Part shown: piece by piece, positions 28,298 to 37,712 of the stretch | Position numbering within the stretch: the stretch's first letter is position 1 | How the letters are laid out: each line of letters begins with the position of its first letter | NCBI GenBank assembly: GCA_964514725.1 | Contig: CAZEUL010000003.1 | Location: 204,567 to 268,566 of the forward strand | DNA from: an uncultured Rikenellaceae bacterium | GTDB taxonomy: Bacteria > Bacteroidota > Bacteroidia > Bacteroidales > VadinHA17 | DNA length: 64,000 nucleotides | Reading direction: 5' to 3' | Notes under the pieces: generated by a model | What the model was told of the DNA's origin: nothing | Seen by the model: the letters and a program-made list of their open reading frames with translations, nothing else | Databases searched by the model: none | Program-made: the position numbers and the translations under genes

Positions 28298-29800
28298 TTA
28301 TCTGCTGTTTTTATAAATTGTTACTGTTCCTGTTTTAGAGATTTTCTTTCCATTACCTGTTAATGCTTTAATAAACCATATATATACTCCCTCCTGTGGA
28401 GGTCTGTTATTGAATGAACCATCCCATGATTCCTTGAAATCCCTTGTCTCAAAAACAACCCGGCCCTGCTTATCAGTTATTATAAGGTGATAGTCATCAG
28501 GAGTAAAAGTCAGTACAGGTGCAAAAAGATCATTCTTAGAATCACCATTGGGAGTGAACATATTTGGAACAGTTACCTTTTCTAGAGTCTCAATACAGAC
28601 TTCATTTGACCTGGTTGTGCTGTTTATTCCGTAAGGATTACCTGTTTCGGAGGATGTTACGTAAAAACAGACTTCCTCTCCTGTTATTTCATGCATTATA
28701 TCTGAATATTTTATAATAGCACTTGTGTCCTCCGGGCTAAGAACTTTATATTGTATGTATCCGTTTCCCGTGTTAATAAACAGTTTGTAATCTGCAATAT
28801 CACCAATCCATTTCCGGCACGAGTTCCATTCAAATCTTATGTTGTCATCGGAAACCTGAGACTTAAGGACTATATTTGAAACAGTATTGGACATTGTTGA
28901 GGCAAGGTTACAGTTATTTATTGCCGTAAGCCTGTAATAGTTTATTATACCGATATCTGCATCCCTGTCATTATATTGCAAAGTCCCGGTATTTGATGAT
29001 AACTGTGCTATTTCACGGTAAGATAATGATGGCTCAGAACTTTTTTCCAGACGAAAACGGTTAATTTCTGATCCGGGCTCCCAGGTAAATGAAAGCGAAA
29101 TTCGCTTGTCTTCATTCACTGAAGCGTAATCTGCGTTAATCCAGTCAGGGGGCCTTTGCATTTTTGTCCTGAGACAAGTTTTGTTTGATAAAGAAAAAGA
29201 ATTGTCGTCGATATTTGCTCTGACTTCAAAACAATATTCTGCGTCAATAATAAAATCAGGCACAAAGAATTTATTTGTTCCTGCAGGCACTCTGCTTATT
29301 TCGTTTAAATTACTGCCGTCTACTGACATAAGCACTGAATAATCCAGGACAGCAAGGGGTTCAGGAGGCTCGTAATAGTTCCACTGTAAATTAATCTTTC
29401 TGTTGCATGTATCCAGTTCTGCCGTTACAAATATCGTACTGAGAATATTTGACAGTTCACTGGCACATCTGGGCAGTCTGAAAGCTGCTACTCTGTACTG
29501 AAAACTTCTGTATTGAGTTCTTATATCCTGATAACTGACAACAGCAGAATTCCATAAAGTGTCAATTGCATAGAATTCGGTGTTACCGTTTCTGGTATCA
29601 AGGAAGTAAATGATATAGGCGTCGATTCCTGAAGAAGGACTGAGTGTCCAGCTGATAATTGATGATGATAATTCGGGTAATATTGATACTGATTTCAGGT
29701 GTGGTGGAAGGGGATTCTCACAAGTGTTCTGTGCATCAATAAAGCCGATTTGAAGAAATGATAAGATAAAAATTATATATAAACGGTTAATAATGTTCAT
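28298..29800 (-). CDS. T9SS type-B C-terminal sorting domain protein (secreted, Ig/FN3-like repeats)
   Basis: 500 aa with a signal peptide. The C-terminal motif VPNMFTPNGDSKNDLFAPV..GVYIWFIK matches the gliding-motility-associated C-terminal domain. Confidence 0.8.
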   Translation of the reverse strand: MNIINRLYIIFILSFLQIGFIDAQNTCENPLPPHLKSVSILPELSSSIISWTLSPSSGIDAYIIYFLDTRNGNTEFYAIDTLWNSAVVSYQDIRTQYRSFQYRVAAFRLPRCASELSNILSTIFVTAELDTCNRKINLQWNYYEPPEPLAVLDYSVLMSVDGSNLNEISRVPAGTNKFFVPDFIIDAEYCFEVRANIDDNSFSLSNKTCLRTKMQRPPDWINADYASVNEDKRISLSFTWEPGSEINRFRLEKSSEPSLSYREIAQLSSNTGTLQYNDRDADIGIINYYRLTAINNCNLASTMSNTVSNIVLKSQVSDDNIRFEWNSCRKWIGDIADYKLFINTGNGYIQYKVLSPEDTSAIIKYSDIMHEITGEEVCFYVTSSETGNPYGINSTTRSNEVCIETLEKVTVPNMFTPNGDSKNDLFAPVLTFTPDDYHLIITDKQGRVVFETRDFKESWDGSFNNRPPQEGVYIWFIKALTGNGKKISKTGTVTIYKNSR

Positions 29801-29802
29801 CT

Positions 29803-31083
29803 TTAACCGGCAATTATTTCATAAAACTCCCCAATTTTGTAATACGTTCTTGCCAGAGCGGTTATTTCATCCGGTTCAATTGTTTTTATCTTTTCAATCA
29901 ATCTGTAATAATAATTATTGTCAAGACCGAAATCCCAAGCCGCCTTAAAACTTTCAGCCAGGGCAAAAGGCCCGTCAAACATCCTTAGAATTTCTCCGGT
30001 CATGTAATTTCTTACCACTCCAAGTTCAGCCCTGCTAACCGGTTCGCTGTGAAGACGGATTATTTCCTTCATTATTTCATTAACAGCTTTTTCAGTGGAT
30101 TTTTTATCCACCTCTGCCGCTATCATAATGAACCCAGAAAGACTAAGAGATGACAGACTTGAATGAATTCCATATGTATAACCTTTCTCTTCTCGAAGAT
30201 TTTTCATCAACCTTGAACCAAAATAACCACCAAGAATCGTATTAAGTATTTTCAATCCCGGATAGTCGGGATGCCTTTTATTAATAGTTGCCTTTCCAAT
30301 TCTTAAAGCTGACTGAACGGTTCCATTTTTGTTTATTCTAACTTTCCTTGCACTGCTTCCGGCAATGACTTTCATCGTTGTGTCCTCAATCAAACCTCTG
30401 TGACTTATGTCACCAAAGTTTTGGTCAAGCAGCCGGGGTAATTCACCGGGGATCTTTCCCGATACTATTATGGCCATGTTTTCAGGGGAATAATATTTTT
30501 TATGAAAACCTGACAGCATAGAAGGGGATATTTCTGAAAAATGATTTTCATTTATCTGCCAGCCATATGGGTGGCTTTCACCAAATATTGATTCAAAGAA
30601 TTTATCTGAAGCCAGGTTCAAAACTCTTTCCCTGTTTATCTGAAACAGCCTTAATCTTTTTTTCATCATTATATCCAGTTCTTTTTCCGGGAAAACTGGT
30701 CTGAAAAGTACTTCCCTGCATAGTTTCAGGACTTTTTCAACATTGCGGTTCAGGGAATAGATTATGAAACCTGCAGTATCCCTGTTGGCTGTGTGGTTAG
30801 GAAAAGCACCAAGGAAGTCAAATTCAGAGCTTATTTGTTCAGCTGAAAAATTCTCTGTCCCTTCGGTCAGCATCATATTTGTTGTAGTAGACAAAAGAGG
30901 TCTGTCCTCTTTAATCTGTCCTGCTTTGAAAGTAAACTCAATCCGTACCAATTCTTCATCTCCTGATTCAATAAGATAAACCCAGATGTTATTTGAAAGC
31001 TTTATAAAAGAAGCTTCGGGTATTGGACCAGGATTAATGTCGCGTACAGGAGGGGATTCGGATCTGTTTAACGGCTGGCTCAT
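29803..31083 (-). CDS. M16-family peptidase, non-catalytic-type subunit
   Basis: 426 aa with insulinase-like fold motifs. The HxxEH position is degenerate (TTNMMLTEGT). A 4-nt overlap joins it to the upstream M16 gene. Confidence 0.75.
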   Translation of the reverse strand: MSQPLNRSESPPVRDINPGPIPEASFIKLSNNIWVYLIESGDEELVRIEFTFKAGQIKEDRPLLSTTTNMMLTEGTENFSAEQISSEFDFLGAFPNHTANRDTAGFIIYSLNRNVEKVLKLCREVLFRPVFPEKELDIMMKKRLRLFQINRERVLNLASDKFFESIFGESHPYGWQINENHFSEISPSMLSGFHKKYYSPENMAIIVSGKIPGELPRLLDQNFGDISHRGLIEDTTMKVIAGSSARKVRINKNGTVQSALRIGKATINKRHPDYPGLKILNTILGGYFGSRLMKNLREEKGYTYGIHSSLSSLSLSGFIMIAAEVDKKSTEKAVNEIMKEIIRLHSEPVSRAELGVVRNYMTGEILRMFDGPFALAESFKAAWDFGLDNNYYYRLIEKIKTIEPDEITALARTYYKIGEFYEIIAG

Positions 31084-32327
31084 TTTTTCTTCCTTTCAGA
31101 AATATAATAAACTGTACTGCAATTCACATGATCAAAGTACTTTATGGCAGCTTCCTTAACCATTTCACCGGTTACATTACGGAAATTTTCCACCTCTGAA
31201 TTAATAAGATCCGGATTGCCAAGAAGTTCATAGAATGCCAGATTCATCGCCTTGTTTAGGATGCCTGAATTAGATATTACAGTTGCGGATTCATATTTAT
31301 TTTTGACTTTTTCCATTTCTTTCAGCCCGGGTTTATTTTGTTTTAGCTCATCGATTATTTCATTGAATGATTGTTCTGCCTCATTGACATCAATGTTGTT
31401 CATGAGCTTGCCCTGGAAAACAACTAGACCCGGATCAATGTCGGATGTAAGCCATGCATTTACTTCACTGAACACTCCTTTTTCCCTTACAAGTTTTGAA
31501 TAGAGTCTTCCGGAATCTCCTCCTGCAAGTATATCTGTCAGGAGGTCAAGAGTATAAAAATCCCGGTCAACTCTTCTGCATACATGCCAGGCTTTGTACA
31601 AAGCCGTTACAGGTACGTCCCTGCGAACAACAAGCTTCCTTTCTTCTGTCTGTAAAGGTTCGGGATCGACAGATTCTTTCCTGATCTGTCTTTGTTCTAT
31701 AGGGCCGAACCATTTTCTGCTCAGCCTGAAAGCTTCTTCAGGCCTTATTTTCCCGGAGAATGAAAGAATGGCATTGTTTGGGGCGTAATGTGAAAAGAAG
31801 AATTCCCTGACCTGCTCAAGGGTTACACCGGCGATGTGTGAAACATCAACCCCGATAGGCGACCACCTGTATGGATGAACCTGGTAACACAGGGGTCTGA
31901 GAAGATGCATCACATCCCCGTATGGCTGATTGATGTACCGCTGTTTGAATTCTTCAATGACAACACTTTTCTGAATATCAAGATTTTCCTGTGTCAGGTT
32001 CAGTCCAAACATTCTGTCTGATTCCAGCCAGAATCCTGTTTCAATATTCTCAGCAGGAATGGTCAGATAATAATTAGTTATATCATTGTTTGTGAATGCA
32101 TTGTTTTCCCCGCCGGCAAGCTGAAGAGGAAGGTCATATTCAGGTATATTTACTGAACCGCTGAACATAAGATGTTCAAAAAGGTGAGCCAGACCTGTAC
32201 TGGCCCGGTCCTCATCTTTTGAGCCTACATTATATAGAATATTCATGGCAACCAGAGGAGTTGACATATCCTGGTTAACCAGAATTCTTAAACCATTTTC
32301 GAGCTTCGAAAATTCAAACTTTATCAT
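31080..32327 (-). CDS. M16-family zinc peptidase (pitrilysin/insulinase-like), catalytic-type
   Basis: 415 aa with an intact HxxEH zinc motif in GLAHLFEHLMFSGS. Confidence 0.85.
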   Translation of the reverse strand: MIKFEFSKLENGLRILVNQDMSTPLVAMNILYNVGSKDEDRASTGLAHLFEHLMFSGSVNIPEYDLPLQLAGGENNAFTNNDITNYYLTIPAENIETGFWLESDRMFGLNLTQENLDIQKSVVIEEFKQRYINQPYGDVMHLLRPLCYQVHPYRWSPIGVDVSHIAGVTLEQVREFFFSHYAPNNAILSFSGKIRPEEAFRLSRKWFGPIEQRQIRKESVDPEPLQTEERKLVVRRDVPVTALYKAWHVCRRVDRDFYTLDLLTDILAGGDSGRLYSKLVREKGVFSEVNAWLTSDIDPGLVVFQGKLMNNIDVNEAEQSFNEIIDELKQNKPGLKEMEKVKNKYESATVISNSGILNKAMNLAFYELLGNPDLINSEVENFRNVTGEMVKEAAIKYFDHVNCSTVYYISERKKK

Positions 32328-32395
32328 TGAGAAAATAAACAGTCCGGAAAATTAACAAACTTAAGTAAAAATCGGAGAAGCTGTTTGAATCTTTT

Positions 32396-32403
32396 TATAT
32401 TTG
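32396..32403 (+). promoter_or_regulatory. Bacteroidota-type -7 promoter box (TAnnTTTG = TATATTTG) upstream of the ClC gene
   Basis: Exact motif match read directly. It ends only 7 nt before ATG 32411, which implies a very short or absent leader. Confidence 0.3.
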
Positions 32404-32410
32404 CGGCGTT

Positions 32411-34186
32411 ATGTTTTCAGGAGTTTCCTTACAGAGAATTTTTCGGAAATCACTGATTAAGGTTGGTCAGACAAGACTTATCTATGTCCTCAGTCTGGTG
32501 GTCGGACTCCTAAGTGCACTCGCAGCCGTTTTACTGAAAAATTCCATTTTTTTTGCTCACCGGCTCCTTGAAGAACAGCTGAATAAAAATAAAGAAAATA
32601 TTCTGTATTTTTTTATGCCATTGGCAGGAATGCTTCTGACCCTTCTTTTTGTGAAGTATGTGGTCAGAGACAACATAGGCCATGGCATCAGCAGGGTATT
32701 ATATGCTATTTCAAAGAAGAGGGGTCACTTAAAACCACATAACACATGGTCCTCGATAATTGCCTCCACTCTGACTATAGGCTTCGGTGGTTCTGTCGGA
32801 GCTGAAGCTCCAATAGTTCTGACCGGATCTTCAATCGGCTCGACAATCGGGAGGTTTTTCAGACTGAATTACAGGAACATAACCCTTTTGATTGGTTGCG
32901 GCGCAGCGGGAGCTATCTCGGGGATTTTTAAAGCTCCGGTTGCCGGGATTGTCTTTACTCTTGAAATCCTGATGTTTGACCTGACAATGGCCTCTATAGT
33001 TCCTCTGCTAATTTCATCCGTCACAGCTGCCACCGTTACATATTTCCTTATGGGTGATGATGTACTCTTCGCTTTCAATCTGACAGAAACATTCCAGGTC
33101 AGCAATATTCCATGGTATATCCTTCTGGGAACTATTTCAGGTCTGCTTTCACTCTATTTTTCGAGAATGACCTTGTTTATTGAAAGCCAGTATGAAAGAA
33201 TTAAAAATGTATATGTGAGACTTTTGATAGGAGGATTTGTACTGGGCACTCTGATTCTCATGTTTCCTTCTTTTTACGGTGAGGGTTATAATGTAATAAT
33301 GTCTCTTTTAAAGGGGGATGCAGATGTTTTGTATAACCAGACAGTATTTCGCGGATTCACCGAAAGCTATCCTATGTTTATATTATTTCTTGCTGCCCTG
33401 GTGCTCTTCAAGGTGGTTGCAAGCAGTTCGACCAACGGGGCCGGCGGCGTTGGTGGAATTTTTGCTCCAACCTTATTTATTGGTGGCGTAAACGGATATC
33501 TGATAGCCAGTCTTTTAGGCAGGTTTGCAGGGGTTGAAATCCCCGACAACAGGTTTATACTTGCAGGTATGGCCGGCATGATGGCAGGTGTCATGCATGC
33601 ACCTCTTACGGCAATATTTCTGATAGCTGAAATAACAGGAGGTTACAGCCTTCTGATACCTTTAATTATAACTTCCACAATTGCATTCATAACTACAAGA
33701 AGTTTTGAAAAGCATTCAATATACCACGTTGAGCTTGCGAAAAGAGGTGAACTTATTACCCACGATAAGGACAAAGCAGTTCTGGCATTTATGAACTGGA
33801 GAAAGGATATTGAAACTGACCTTCTGACAATAAAAGCAAAAAATACACTTGGTGATTTGATAAAGATTATCTCCAAATCAAAAAGAAACCTGTTCCCTGT
33901 TATTGATGATAACAACGTACTAGAAGGAGTTGTCCTCCTTGATGATGTCAGAGAAATAATGTTTAATAGTGAATTGTACAACAGTGTGCTCGTAAAAGAT
34001 CTGATGACCATTCCTCCTACATATATTGACATAAGCGAAAATATTGAAGTTGTGATGGAATCATTTAAAAATACAGGAGCATGGAACCTTCCCGTTCTGG
34101 ATAAGGGGTGTTATGTAGGATTTATCTCAAAGGCAAGAATATACAGCACTTACAGGGAGATGCTTATGCAATTTTCGGAGGAATGA
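32411..34186 (+). CDS. ClC-family voltage-gated chloride channel / H+-Cl- antiporter with C-terminal CBS pair
   Basis: 591 aa. It is multi-TM, with GGSVGAEAP, GIFKAPVAG and GGIFAPTLF selectivity-type motifs, and a C-terminal CBS-like region (FPVIDDNNVLEGVV.., NLPVLDKGCYVGFIS). Confidence 0.9.
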   Translation: MFSGVSLQRIFRKSLIKVGQTRLIYVLSLVVGLLSALAAVLLKNSIFFAHRLLEEQLNKNKENILYFFMPLAGMLLTLLFVKYVVRDNIGHGISRVLYAISKKRGHLKPHNTWSSIIASTLTIGFGGSVGAEAPIVLTGSSIGSTIGRFFRLNYRNITLLIGCGAAGAISGIFKAPVAGIVFTLEILMFDLTMASIVPLLISSVTAATVTYFLMGDDVLFAFNLTETFQVSNIPWYILLGTISGLLSLYFSRMTLFIESQYERIKNVYVRLLIGGFVLGTLILMFPSFYGEGYNVIMSLLKGDADVLYNQTVFRGFTESYPMFILFLAALVLFKVVASSSTNGAGGVGGIFAPTLFIGGVNGYLIASLLGRFAGVEIPDNRFILAGMAGMMAGVMHAPLTAIFLIAEITGGYSLLIPLIITSTIAFITTRSFEKHSIYHVELAKRGELITHDKDKAVLAFMNWRKDIETDLLTIKAKNTLGDLIKIISKSKRNLFPVIDDNNVLEGVVLLDDVREIMFNSELYNSVLVKDLMTIPPTYIDISENIEVVMESFKNTGAWNLPVLDKGCYVGFISKARIYSTYREMLMQFSEE

Positions 34187-34221
34187 TCCGGGGTAAAAGT
34201 TACGTAATGAGTAAATACAGT

Positions 34222-34229
34222 TATATTTG
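34222..34229 (+). promoter_or_regulatory. Bacteroidota-type -7 promoter box (TATATTTG) upstream of glyA
   Basis: Exact TAnnTTTG match 87 nt upstream of ATG 34316. No clear -33 TTTG partner was seen. Confidence 0.3.
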
Positions 34230-34315
34230 TCAGACGGACAATTGTTGTTACAAAAAAATCCGGAGATAAGGCAGAGAAGTAAAATACTTAATTAAATAAA
34301 CAACCTGTTAATTTT

Positions 34316-35596
34316 ATGAAAAGGGACACACTGGTATTTGATATTATTGAAAAGGAGCACCAGAGGCAGCTTAATGGCATTGAACTTATAGCATCGGAAA
34401 ACTTTGTAAGTCCTCAGGTGCTTGAAGCAATGGGTTCAGTCATGACCAACAAGTATGCAGAAGGGTATCCTGGCAATCGCTACTATGGTGGTTGTGAGTT
34501 TGTTGATCAGACTGAGCAACTTGCCATTGACCGTCTTAAAGAACTTTTTGGTGCTGAATATGCCAATGTGCAACCTCATTCCGGAGCTCAGGCAAACATG
34601 GCTGTATTTATGGCTGTCATGAAACCGGGAGACACTTTTATGGGACTGAGTCTTGCGCACGGAGGCCATCTGTCGCACGGATCACCCGTAAATTCATCAG
34701 GCATTCTGTACAGACCTGTATCATACAATGTAAGAGAAGAGACGGGATATGTTGACTATGACATGATGGAAGAGATTGCCCTGAAGGAAAGGCCTAAAGT
34801 TATTATAGGAGGTGCATCAGCCTATTCAAGGGAGTGGGATTACGCACGGATGAGGAAGATAGCTGACAGTATTGGTGCAATACTAATGGTTGACATGGCA
34901 CATCCTGCAGGACTTATTGCTGCAGGACTTCTGGAGAACCCTCTAAGGTATGCTCACATAGTAACTTCAACCACACACAAGACCTTAAGAGGCCCCAGGG
35001 GTGGCATAATTTTAATGGGAAAAGACTTTGTGAATCCCTGGGGTCTTAAAACTCCAAAAGGAGAGGAGAAAATGATGTCATCCATTTTGAATTCGGTTGT
35101 TTTTCCAGGAGTTCAGGGAGGGCCTCTTGAGCATGTAATTGCATCAAAAGCTGTCTCTTTCGGTGAGGCTCTGACACCTGAATTTAAAGATTACCAGGTT
35201 CAGGTCCAGAAGAATGCCAGAGTAATGGCAGAAGCTTTTATAACCAAAGGCTACAAGGTTGTATCCGGGGGGACTGATAATCATTTGATGTTAATTGATT
35301 TAAGGACCAAATTTCCGGAGATCTCGGGCAAAAAAGCAGAGAATGCACTTGTACGCTCTCACATCACTGTAAATAAGAATATGGTCCCCTTTGATAACCG
35401 GTCACCATTCCTTACATCCGGTCTCAGAGTTGGCACTCCAGCCGTCACTACAAGAGGACTTAATGAGGATCACATGGGGATAATTGTTGAATTAATCGAT
35501 GAGGTCATATCAAATATTGAAAATGAAGAGGTAATAAAAATTGTTGGTGAAAAGGTTGTAGAAATGATGAGTCCTTTTCCTCTTTTTTCTGCTTGA
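34316..35596 (+). CDS. glyA: serine hydroxymethyltransferase
   Basis: 426 aa. [20 protein letters not shown] and the PLP-lysine motif [14 protein letters not shown]. Confidence 0.97.
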   Translation: MKRDTLVFDIIEKEHQRQLNGIELIASENFVSPQVLEAMGSVMTNKYAEGYPGNRYYGGCEFVDQTEQLAIDRLKELFGAEYANVQPHSGAQANMAVFMAVMKPGDTFMGLSLAHGGHLSHGSPVNSSGILYRPVSYNVREETGYVDYDMMEEIALKERPKVIIGGASAYSREWDYARMRKIADSIGAILMVDMAHPAGLIAAGLLENPLRYAHIVTSTTHKTLRGPRGGIILMGKDFVNPWGLKTPKGEEKMMSSILNSVVFPGVQGGPLEHVIASKAVSFGEALTPEFKDYQVQVQKNARVMAEAFITKGYKVVSGGTDNHLMLIDLRTKFPEISGKKAENALVRSHITVNKNMVPFDNRSPFLTSGLRVGTPAVTTRGLNEDHMGIIVELIDEVISNIENEEVIKIVGEKVVEMMSPFPLFSA

Positions 35597-35606
35597 AAGC
35601 TCAAAT

Positions 35607-36500
35607 CTATTTCAGGACAAAGTTATAAGTGATAGTTCCCTTTTGGGTAACAGGGGCATCGGGTTTCGGATCAAACCGGGCTTTTAAAGCCGCCTCTTTT
35701 GCAACCCGCAGAAGATATTCATCCAGAGTGGTTGATCCTTTAGCTCCGGGAATGGCTTGAATCACCCTTCCTGATCTGTCAACACTTACATCAACCACAA
35801 CCCTGCCTTCTTCCTGATAATCATACTGTGGAGCAGGCAAGGACTGAAAGCCCCTGCCCTGAAGATCATATGATATTCCTTTATTTCCAAGGCCGCTTCC
35901 TTCACCTCTGACTTTTGAATCTACTGATCCTGTTGGAACACCCTGATTACCTGCACCTCCTGCAGCTCCCTCACCAGTAGAAGTTGTCCCTGAGTTCTTT
36001 GAATTTGCAAGGGCATTACGCGTGCGGTTCATGATATCAGCCTGTCTCTTTTGTTCGGCTTCGATTCTTTTCCTTTCCAATTCTTCATGCTCTTTCTTTT
36101 TCCTTTCCTCCTCTTCCTGCTCCCTCAGCTTCCTGTCCGCCTCAAGTTTCTCAAGTCTTCTTTTTTCAGCTTCAGGATCGACTTTTTTGACTTCAGGAGC
36201 CTCTTCATTGTTTTGAGTAAGCATTGGTTCATCCTTTTGAACATTTTTGGCAGCAGATGGAGGAGGGGGGGATGCTTCTTTCTGAACAGGAGGAGGAGAA
36301 GGTTCAATTTCTCCCATACCTGTCTCGTCAGTTCCGAAGTTTACAAGAATACCTTCTTCAAATTCAGGTGGTTTGGAAGGAGTAAAAGCAAAAAAAACAA
36401 GTATAACCATTAGCACAATATGAATAAATGTTGTGCCAATGATCCCTTTCTTTCTTTCCGAAGGAATCCTTCTCAGATCGCTATTTAGGTGAGGTTGCAA
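35607..36500 (-). CDS. tonB: TonB-family energy transducer with a Glu/Lys/Arg-rich charged spacer
   Basis: 297 aa with an N-terminal TM helix IIGTTFIHIVLMVILVFFAF and a short Pro-rich stretch. The charged segment is EKRRLEKLEADRKLREQEEEERKKKEHEELERKRIEAEQKRQ. The C-terminal domain is TonB-like (GRVVVDVSVDRSGRVI..GTITYNFVLK). The track start at 36500 is a TTG, so the start is uncertain. Confidence 0.75.
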   Translation of the reverse strand: MQPHLNSDLRRIPSERKKGIIGTTFIHIVLMVILVFFAFTPSKPPEFEEGILVNFGTDETGMGEIEPSPPPVQKEASPPPPSAAKNVQKDEPMLTQNNEEAPEVKKVDPEAEKRRLEKLEADRKLREQEEEERKKKEHEELERKRIEAEQKRQADIMNRTRNALANSKNSGTTSTGEGAAGGAGNQGVPTGSVDSKVRGEGSGLGNKGISYDLQGRGFQSLPAPQYDYQEEGRVVVDVSVDRSGRVIQAIPGAKGSTTLDEYLLRVAKEAALKARFDPKPDAPVTQKGTITYNFVLK

Positions 36501-36873
36501 TTATCAGTTTATAATTATTTGCCTGTGCAATATTCAATACGGCCACAACTGTCTCAAAAGGTACATTTTTATCAGCATGTAAAGAAATATAAGTTTCAGG
36601 ATTTGCTCCCAGTTTCTTTTTTAGTACACTTTCAAGAGTTTCAAGAGTGACAGGTTGTTGTTCAACATAGTATTTCCGGTCAGCTGTAATTGAAACTGTG
36701 GTTTGTGGTTTTGCTGATGTTTGAGTACTACCTTTTGGCAACAAGAGTTTAAGAGCGGTGGGATGAACAAGCGTTGAAGTCAGCATGAAAAAAATAAGAA
36801 GATTAAAAACCACATCGGTCATCCCCACAGAGCTGAAATTAATGCTAATCTTATTCCTTGATGAAATAGCCAT
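36481..36873 (-). CDS. exbD: biopolymer transport protein ExbD/TolR
   Basis: 130 aa. MTDVVFNLLIFFM is the TM segment, and the periplasmic domain is typical of ExbD. Confidence 0.85.
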   Translation of the reverse strand: MAISSRNKISINFSSVGMTDVVFNLLIFFMLTSTLVHPTALKLLLPKGSTQTSAKPQTTVSITADRKYYVEQQPVTLETLESVLKKKLGANPETYISLHADKNVPFETVVAVLNIAQANNYKLIIATSPK

Positions 36874-36874
36874 A

Positions 36875-37567
36875 TCAACGTCCTGTTTTTAATGGTTCAT
36901 TTAATATATCCATGAATTCAGTTAAGGTTGCCTCAAGATTGAAAACTACCTTTTCTACTTTAACGACAAGGGTGTTATATGCAAAATACCCAATTATACC
37001 GACTATCAGACCTGCAACAGTTGTAATAAGTGCTGTATATATCCCATTTGAAAGCAGAGATACCTCTATGTTATTTCCTGCCTGCGACATCGCATAAAAT
37101 GACTGTACCATTCCAATAACTGTGCCAAGAAAACCAAGCATTGGTTCAGCGCCGGTAATTGTCGCCAGGGTGGGGAATCCTCTTTCAAGTTTAGAAATCT
37201 CAAGCTTCCCGACATTTTCGATAGCTGTACTGATATCATGAAGAGGTCTTCCTAGTCTGGAAATCCCTTTCTCAATCATACGGGCTGATGGACTGTCTAT
37301 TGACCTGCATAGCGCAAGAGCAGATTCAACCTTCCCATCATGAATGTAATCCTTTATTCTATTCATAAAATTAGTATCTTCCTTCGATGCTCTCTTTATA
37401 ACATAAAACCGTTCTATAAAAATATAAGCTGCAACAAGGGAAAGTAAGAGAATTGGGATCATTACCCATCCACCTTTGATTGCAAAATCAAGAAGGGTCA
37501 TTTTTGTTTCCACTGTTTTCTGAACAGCAGCTGGTCCTTCCTGCATCATTAATTGTATAAAACCCAT
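36875..37567 (-). CDS. exbB: MotA/TolQ/ExbB proton-channel protein
   Basis: 230 aa with three TM segments and the motif GFLGTVIGMV. Confidence 0.9.
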   Translation of the reverse strand: MGFIQLMMQEGPAAVQKTVETKMTLLDFAIKGGWVMIPILLLSLVAAYIFIERFYVIKRASKEDTNFMNRIKDYIHDGKVESALALCRSIDSPSARMIEKGISRLGRPLHDISTAIENVGKLEISKLERGFPTLATITGAEPMLGFLGTVIGMVQSFYAMSQAGNNIEVSLLSNGIYTALITTVAGLIVGIIGYFAYNTLVVKVEKVVFNLEATLTEFMDILNEPLKTGR

Positions 37568-37712
37568 ATTTGACTTATTTAATTATTTTAATAACAGGTA
37601 ATTAAGATAAACAGTATTTAAATTTCTCACGGGTGAAGTTATTAAAAAACGGAAAAACATTACTGTCTATTATCTGTGGTTAATAACATTATAATAATAT
37701 TTATCAACTCTT

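Noticed and set aside
36022-36413. ORFs in other frames within tonB, antisense and same-strand (36022-36216, 36051-36413, 36125-36307), encoding Leu/Phe/Ser-rich or Lys/Leu-rich peptides.
   Set aside because: They are an artefact of the purine-rich GAA/AAG/AGA repeat that encodes the E/K/R spacer of TonB.
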